From NCBI RefSeq assembly GCF_006345805.1, contig NW_021835276.1, positions 1-41,664 on the forward strand: 41,664 nt of DNA, read 5' to 3'. Under the pieces are notes generated by a model. That model was not told the origin of the DNA. It made no database searches and worked only from the letters and a program-made list of their open reading frames with translations. Source of the stretch: Octopus sinensis. Lineage: Eukaryota. This document shows, one piece after another, positions 36,975 to 41,664 of this stretch. Positions within the stretch are counted from its first letter, which is position 1. Every line of letters starts with the position of its first letter. A program made the translations under genes and the position numbers.

Positions 36975-37147
36975 AATAATGATAATGATAATAATAGATT
37001 AAGCTCTACCATCACCACCACCACCACCACCACCACAACAACAACAACAACAACCACAACAACAACAACAACAGCAACAACTATAACACTGTTGTTCGAG
37101 AAAATATACCTCACTGAGGATATTCTTCAAGTATAATACTTATGGTA

Positions 37148-37369
37148 TAAGGCGGCGAGCTGGCAGAAACGATAGCACGCCGGGCGAAATGCTTAGTGGT
37201 ATTTCGTCTGCCGTTACGTTCTGAGTTGAAATTCCGCCGAGGTCGACTTTGCCTTTCATCCTTTCGGGGTCGATAAAGTAAGTACCAGTTACGCACTGGG
37301 GTCGATGTAATCGACTTAATCCGTTTGTCTGTCCTTGTTTGTTCCCTCTGTGTGGATAGTAAAAAAATA
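37148..37369 (+). mobile_element. SINE family A (tail 1) with 11-bp TSD
   Basis: TSD TATAATACTTA at 37132-37142 and 37370-37380. Confidence 0.93.
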
Positions 37370-38322
37370 TATAATACTTAATTCTTTGAAAAACTACATT
37401 GAAGTTGGAATAAGGGGATATTGTAGTATGGGACACAGTACTCATTCTGCTATTCCATTGCAGTCGAATGTCTTCCTTCAACCTAATGCTTTTTTTTTTT
37501 TGGTTCTTTTCGTGTTAATTCTACAATCCACCCGAGAATTGACTATATAAAGACATGCTTCTTCTAACATCCTCCGTGATCATTTCATGTGCCAACCGCA
37601 TGCACTTTTTTTTTCTGTTTGCTATTACTTTGGGGAAAAAAAAAAAAAAAACTAGAACAAAATTCTTCCAGCGGTGATAATGGTTTGCTACCCTGTGTCT
37701 CACCAAATACGACACGCTCACGTAGCAAGCTGCCTGAATGTTGAGAAGTTAGTGTGTAACACTGTATCTGCCTTTTCGTTCTCCTCTCCGACATCCAATA
37801 GTCCCCTCGCCATCTTTCTGTTCTTGCGATGTACGGTAATAGACTGATGTCAGACATATTACATGAAATGCGCTTTATTTTATTTTTGTCAAATATTTTT
37901 TTGTTTTCTTTTTGATTTCCTCTGTCACGGTCTACAGAATCTAGGTATTCTACTTTTTCACTTCCAGTACCAGAGAACCATATGTTATGGCTGGCACTGC
38001 GAAAAGTTTAAGCTGCACATATGGTATGTTTGCAATTTAGACGAGGTTAGGAGCAGTGTTATGACTGACATAACATTTATATCTAGTTCACATTCTCATA
38101 GCTCCCCTACACACACACGCACACATACACATACACACAGGCACACACAGATTTTCCTTCATCTTTGTCTAGGTATTTAAAAAAAATATTATAGTACGAC
38201 TTACACGTTATCTCCCTTGTATGAAGTTCAAACTCGTGTCCCACGTGACTGTCTGTCATATCTTCAGTCGCACAATTCATATTTTATTTTTCCTTTTTGA
38301 ATTTAAAGGACATATTACTGCA

Positions 38323-38752
38323 TTTACTCTTTTACTCTTTTACTTGTTTCAGTCCTTTGACTGTGGCCATGCTGGAGCACTGCCTTTAGTCGAGCAAATC
38401 GCCCTCAGGACTTATTCTTTGTAAGCCTAGTACTTACTCTATCGGTCTCTTTTGCCGACCGAATCGTTAAGTTACGGGGACGTAAACACACCAGCATCGG
38501 TTGTCACACATGCATATATATACACACGCGCGCGCGCACACACACATACACGCACACACACGCATATATATATATATATATATATATACGACGGGCTTCT
38601 TTCAGTTTCCATTTACCAAATCCACTCACAAGGCTTTGGTCGGCTCGAGGCTATAGTAGAAGACACTTGCCCAGGGAGCCACACAGTGGGACTGAACCCG
38701 GAACTATGTGGTTGGTAAGCAAGCCACTTACCACACAGCCACTCCTACACCT
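38323..38752 (-). mobile_element. SINE family B
   Basis: Full head-to-tail match with a (TACTCTTT)n tail. Confidence 0.92.
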
Positions 38753-39122
38753 ATTTATTAAATTACCTTTAGGAATAGCTGACGTTTCCGTAATTTAGGT
38801 ACCAATAGCAGAATATAGATTGTGAGGTAGATACATAGTTGCTTACATAGACATACACACAAGCCCAGTGGTGCACACAGGCATAAGGGCACACAAACAC
38901 ACGCACCCACGCACATATACATATATACACACGCAAAAATACACACAATGTCAATGTAAAAATAGATACGTATATACGTAAGTATGTATGGATGGATATT
39001 CGAATGTCATTGTCCAGTTTTATTTCATGATTTTTTGCCAGTAGAGAAAGGACCGGTTTCTAATCTAGATTCAAGGCTCCTTCACTCGAATTTCAACAAC
39101 ATCAACAGAATATTTGCGCATG

Positions 39123-39500
39123 TCATCATCATCATCATCTTCCTCACCATCGTTTACCGTCCATTTGCCATGCTGGCATGGGTTGGACGGTTTGACTGGG
39201 GGCTGGCAAGCCAGGAGGTTGCACCAATCTGATCTGGCAATGTTTCTACAGCTGGATGCCACTCCTAACGCCAACCACTCCGAGACTGTAGTGGGTGCTT
39301 TTTACGTGTCACCGACACGGGCGCCAGTCAAGCGGCACTGGCATTGGCCACGTTCGGATGGTGCCTTTTACGTGCCACCGGCACAGGAGCCAGTCGGGGT
39401 GAGGTGCTGCCATCGACCACGTTCGGATGATCCTCTTTACCTGCCATGGCACGGGGAGCCAGTTAGGCGCCTCTGGCAATGACCCATCCATGAATGGTGC
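39123..39500 (-). mobile_element. RTE-type retroelement/SINE 3' end with (GAT)n tail and ~66-bp internal tandem repeats
   Basis: Plus strand (CAT)n, CATGCTGGCATGGGTTGGACGG and GGATGCCACTCCTAACGCCAACC are typical reverse-complemented RTE 3' motifs. Three GGTGC..TTTACGTG.CACC units at 39293-39500. Confidence 0.7.
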
Positions 39501-39504
39501 TTAT

Positions 39505-39720
39505 TATATATATATATGTGTGTCTGTGTTTGTCCCCCCCTCAACATCGCTTGACAACCGATGCTGGTGTGTTTACGTCCCTGTAACTTAGCTGTTCGGC
39601 AAAAGAGTCCGATAGAATAAGTACTAGGCTCATTAAGAATAAGTCCTGGGGTCGATTTCCTCCACTAAAGGCGGCGCTCCTGCACGGCCGCATTCAAATG
39701 ACTGAAGCAAGTAAATGAGT
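39505..39720 (+). mobile_element. 3' half of SINE family B
   Basis: Begins at the internal microsatellite; CATCGCTTGACAACCGATGCTGG through the tail. Confidence 0.88.
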
Positions 39721-40072
39721 ACCCCAGTACCCAAATAGTTACAGATATAGATATGAACTTGTAATCTGAGTAGGTTGCTGTAGGTTTCTCAAAAGTTTAC
39801 TGTAGGTGTTTTCTTTTACTTTCGTCTTACGTTAACATCCACTGGACTACTAATGTATGTATGTATGTATATTGATATGTATGTATTATGTATGTATTAT
39901 GTGTGTGTGTGTGGGGGGGGTGCATGCATGTGAGTGCATATAGAAAGCATTGCCACATGTATTAGTAAATGGATGTTATCATAGCAACAGGAATTCAAGA
40001 TACTGACAGAGAGAAATGACTCCTCCATTTTTATTTAATTCTGATGATTGCTGGTATAAGCTGTTCCCTTAT

Positions 40073-40486
40073 TTCTTTATTGCCCACAATAGGCTAAGCG
40101 TAGAGGGGACAAACAAGGATAGACGAACGGATTAAGCAGATTACAGCGACCTCAGTGCGTAATTTGTACTTAATTTATCGACCCCGAAACGATGAATAGC
40201 AAAGTCGACCTCGGTGGAATTTGAACTCAGAACGTACCGGCAGACAAATTACCTATTTCTTTACTACCCACAAGGGGCTAAACACAGAGAGGACAAAAAA
40301 GGACAGACAAATGGATTAAGTCGATTATATCGACCCCAGTGCGTAACTGGTACTTATTTAATCGACCCCGAAAGAATGAAAGGCAAAGTCAACCTCGGCG
40401 GAATTTGAACTCAGAACGTTGTGGCAGACGATATACTGCTAAGCATTTCACCCGGCGTACTAACGATTCTGCCAGCTCGTCGCCTT
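40073..40486 (-). mobile_element. SINE family A dimer bracketed by a single TSD
   Basis: Full unit ~40252-40486 plus second unit 40073-40251. TSD AGCTGTTC(C/T)CTTAT at 40059-40072 and 40495-40508. Confidence 0.92.
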
Positions 40487-41134
40487 ATCAAATGAGCTGT
40501 TCTCTTATCAAAAAAGCACCTCAAACTGTCTCTAAGACGTTTTGTCAAGTCTAGTCAGAGAGATGAATGTAGCTCCCCTCCTATAGAAGTAGAACAACGG
40601 AGGTAGGTGTTGAGAAATAAACTCAAATAAGCTAAACCGCGTGCTGACGCTGTGTTTCGCAAAAATAGATACTATGAGATTAATGAAGGGTGTCAAACGC
40701 TCACATATGGAAATTAGGCTATTAACTATGGTGATACTCTAATTAGTGACTGCTTATAGACTGCTGATATATGCTTTTAATAGGCGACGGAAGCCGAGGA
40801 AATCTCAGTGAAGCTGTTAAGAAACTGTTAAACAACATAATTGCAAAAACTTTTCTACTTCTTTGTATACGTCAGTAATTATAGAATAAAAAGGATTTAC
40901 ATTCTTATTTTACCCACAGTGGGGCTTTAAAATATTTATATGCGTATCCTTAATTTTTCTTTGCGCAGAAATGAATAGTTACTCATATAAATATTTGTTT
41001 TGAACGGATGTTTATTTATGAATATATGCAGATAATTCCCTCGCTTTTTCTCCCGTCGTCCTTTCTATCATTCATTCGTTCTCTCACTCTCCCTTTCTCT
41101 CAATGTGCTTGCATACATACACATATATATCGTC

Positions 41135-41348
41135 ATGGCATTCGGTAACGTTGACGAGGGTTCCAGTTGATCCGATCAACCGAACAGCCAGCTCATGAAA
41201 TTAACGTGCAAAATGGCTGAGCACTCCATAGACACGTGTACCCTTAACGAAGTTCTCGGGGAGATTCATTGTGACATAGTGTGTGACAAGGCTGGCCCTT
41301 TGAAATATGGGTACAACAGAAACAGAAAGAGTAAGAGAAAGTTGTGGG
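41135..41348 (-). mobile_element. 3' part of SINE family C
   Basis: Colinear with ~4555-4775. Confidence 0.88.
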
Positions 41349-41664
41349 GGCTAAATATAGAGGGGACAAAGAAGGGCAGACAAATTTTTAAGTCGATTAC
41401 ATCAACCCAGTGCGGAACTTGTGCTTATTTAATCGATCCCGAAATAAATGACGAAAGATGAAGTCGACCTTGGTTGTGTCTGAACTCAGAACATAAAGTT
41501 AGACGAAATACCTATTTCTTTACTGCCCACAAGGGGCTACACACAGAGGGGACAAACAAGGACAGACAAACGGATTAAGTCGATTATATCGACCCCAGTG
41601 CGTAACTGGTACTTAATTTATCGGGCCCGAAAGGATGAAAGACAAAGTCGACCTTGGCGGAGTT
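41349..41664 (-). mobile_element. SINE family A tandem units, running off the window edge
   Basis: Same AAAGAAATA|GGTATTTCGTC junction at ~41510. Confidence 0.9.

Noticed and set aside
40550-40602. AG...GTAGGT-bounded open segment (SSQRDECSSPPIEVEQR)
   Set aside because: Weak acceptor, no recognisable protein, and no compatible neighbouring exon identified.
40073-41664. Repeated units that might suggest a CRISPR array or satellite
   Set aside because: Eukaryotic SINE multimers; no constant short repeat with unique spacers.

Overview
This is AT-rich, microsatellite-dense eukaryotic DNA. The SINE families look like those of octopus/coleoid cephalopods (inference from recognised repeats, not from a search). 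I can support no host protein-coding gene; almost all ORF-track entries are translated microsatellites or SINE read-through. The window is a record of mobile elements: three tRNA-headed SINE families in about 20 copies, several with target-site duplications (TSDs); a dead mariner transposase (12553-13558); a 5' stub of a second Tc1/mariner; an R4/Dong-like reverse-transcriptase (RT) remnant with other retro-fragments nested in (TAA)n; an internally deleted Ty3/Gypsy element; an L1/Tx1-type ORF1 remnant; an exact head-to-tail Helitron dimer; and a 96-nt 18S rRNA 5' fragment. The best leads are hammerhead-ribozyme-like motifs (one behind a Pol III tRNA-like head, four with a fixed CUGUNGA variant core), a SINE that retrotransposes as a multimer with a recurrent junction, and a set of elements sharing (TAA)n targets. 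All identifications were made by eye.
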